DNA of 64,000 bases, from contig NC_058368.1 of NCBI RefSeq assembly GCF_018350175.1, forward strand, positions 22,446,001 to 22,510,000, read 5' to 3'. The notes under the pieces were generated by a model that saw only the letters and a program-made list of their open reading frames with translations, made no database searches and was not told the DNA's origin. Shown here in pieces: positions 62,413 through 64,000 of this stretch. A program made the position numbers and the translations under genes. This DNA comes from Felis catus (Eukaryota). The number at the start of each line of letters is the position of its first letter. Within the stretch, counting starts at the first letter, position 1.

Positions 62413-62571
62413 AGCAGAGGAGGGGCAGAGAGAGGGAGACAGAATCCGAAGCAGGCTCCAGGCTACTAGCTGTCAGCACAGAACCCGATGCGGGGCTGGA
62501 ACCCACAAGCCGCGAGACCATGACCCAAGCCAAAGTCAGATGCCCGACTGACTGAGCGACCCAGGTGCCCC
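62339..62571 (-). mobile_element. Can-SINE
   Basis: Perfect 16-bp TSD aaccattataagattt at 62323-62338 and 62573-62588. Confidence 0.96.
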
Positions 62572-63249
62572 AAACCATTATAAGATTTTTTTTAAACTGG
62601 TCTGTGACATATAAAAATCTGGGAAACCATTGTCCTAAGAGTATGGAAAGACACACAATCCTCTATGAATATTATTTTTCTCAACAAGGCTTTTGATATC
62701 TTTATAACTGGCAGCAATATGCTAGAAATTATACACTCTGACAAATATCTGGAATGCAGCTCTCCAATGTTACAAGTTTAATACAAAAAAACATATGTTT
62801 TAGAAATCAGTCAGTTTGGGAGAAGAATTGATATACTATAATAAAAATTTAGGAAGCAGGCAAGAACCATGCATAAATGGAAGCCACCCCGCTGTCCCTC
62901 TGAGTTGAGCCAACGGAGGGCAGGGCTAAGAGTGTCCTCAGGAAGTTATTCTTGGATGACTCACTAACTTACAGACAAATGCATGAGAGAAATTCCCAAG
63001 TTTTACACCACTGAGCACCACCACAATAATTCCAGCCCAGGAGCACTGGAAAGTGGACATAACCAAGTGCTCATCTGGACCATTAAACAACAACAACCAA
63101 AAACTCAAACAAAAACTACACAGTAATAATACCTACAGAATGGTTAGCTTCGAGTAATTGAACTTTTTGGATTTTTTGAAAGATTAACAACTGCATATTG
63201 GTAATGGATGACATCATCCGGTAAAGGGGATTTGTAGCCATATATAAAT

Positions 63250-63460
63250 AGTTAATATTTTTTGAGTACTGTTTTAAGCATTTTACATGTAAATACATTC
63301 AATCCTCACAGCGACCTTATGAGATACATATTATTATTATCATTATTACTATATCCCATTTTTACAGATGAACAAACTGAGGCTGAGGGCTGTTAAATAA
63401 ATGTCCTCCAACTACTAAGAGGTGGAACAAAGCTTCAAACCCTAGTGGAGCAACCCCAGA
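63250..63460 (-). mobile_element. MIR
   Basis: aatcctcacagcgaccttatgag...cccatttttacagatgaacaaactgaggct. Confidence 0.85.
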
Positions 63461-64000
63461 GACCACACTAACAGAAAGATGCTTCACTGACTCCTTACCT
63501 AACCATAAACCTGGAAGAAGTTGGGAGATAGTTGCCAGGAATGGTGCCCTAATCTTAGACTAGTTAATTTGTGACCATTCTGTCTGCAAGTAACCAGATC
63601 CCAAGGACAATTTTCTTGGAAGGCCACTTTTTAGGCTGTAATAATAAAGTCATATCATCTTCAGATAAGAGGATGCTTCTTGTTCTATTCTCAAATCCTT
63701 GGCCTCCAGCTTACCCAGGAAAGGCATCAAATTGTTCCAATATAAGTTAAAAGCAAGGGGGATGGGGAGTGGAATGTGACTCTGATGCTCAGAACATATC
63801 CTCTTTCTATACACAGAATTGTACTGGATTGGCCAGGTCACTCCTGAATCCCTGGGTCATGGAAGGTACTAGGGAGCGATCTCGGCATGAACATGAAATG
63901 TCTATGGTGTCTCTCTTAAATTCTGGTGGCTTGGCCCACATCAAATTCTATTCCACTTAGTCAAAGACCTAAGGAAGATAAAAATCAACTTCAAACTGTC

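Noticed and set aside
1006..62656. Recurrent ORFs with MAQLVKRPT.AQVMI / ERGRGRERGRHRI peptides that look like a gene family
   Set aside because: All are translations of Can-SINE copies
1..64000. A novel multi-gene or prokaryote-type system, or a CpG-island promoter
   Set aside because: No long ORFs, operons or CpG island; the content is typical carnivore non-coding DNA

Overview
Mammalian, almost certainly felid (cat-family), nuclear DNA, judged from about 24 tRNA-derived Can-SINE copies of the SINEC_Fc type and carnivore-type L1 3' ends. The window is AT-rich with no CpG island and no recognisable protein-coding gene or RNA gene, so it is intergenic or deep-intronic. Much of it is transposon debris: Can-SINEs (many with readable TSDs), L1 fragments of several ages, L2, MIR, MaLR/ERVL/ERV1 solo LTRs (MLT1, MLT2, MER67-like) and DNA-transposon MITEs (MER44, MER5A, MER45B, MER63, MER91). 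The ORFs in the track are repeat-derived or chance ORFs. I found no convincing new biological system. The points worth a second look are: two old local duplications in the first 7.4 kb; repeated re-use of the same retrotransposon target sites; a templated insertion inside a SINE head; a twin-primed L1; a probable L1 3' transduction; several TF-motif clusters (E-box, AP-1/ARE, RBPJ, STAT); and a few well-formed plus-strand candidate exons. Repeat family names come from recall of consensus sequences, not a database search, and boundaries of ancient repeats are approximate.
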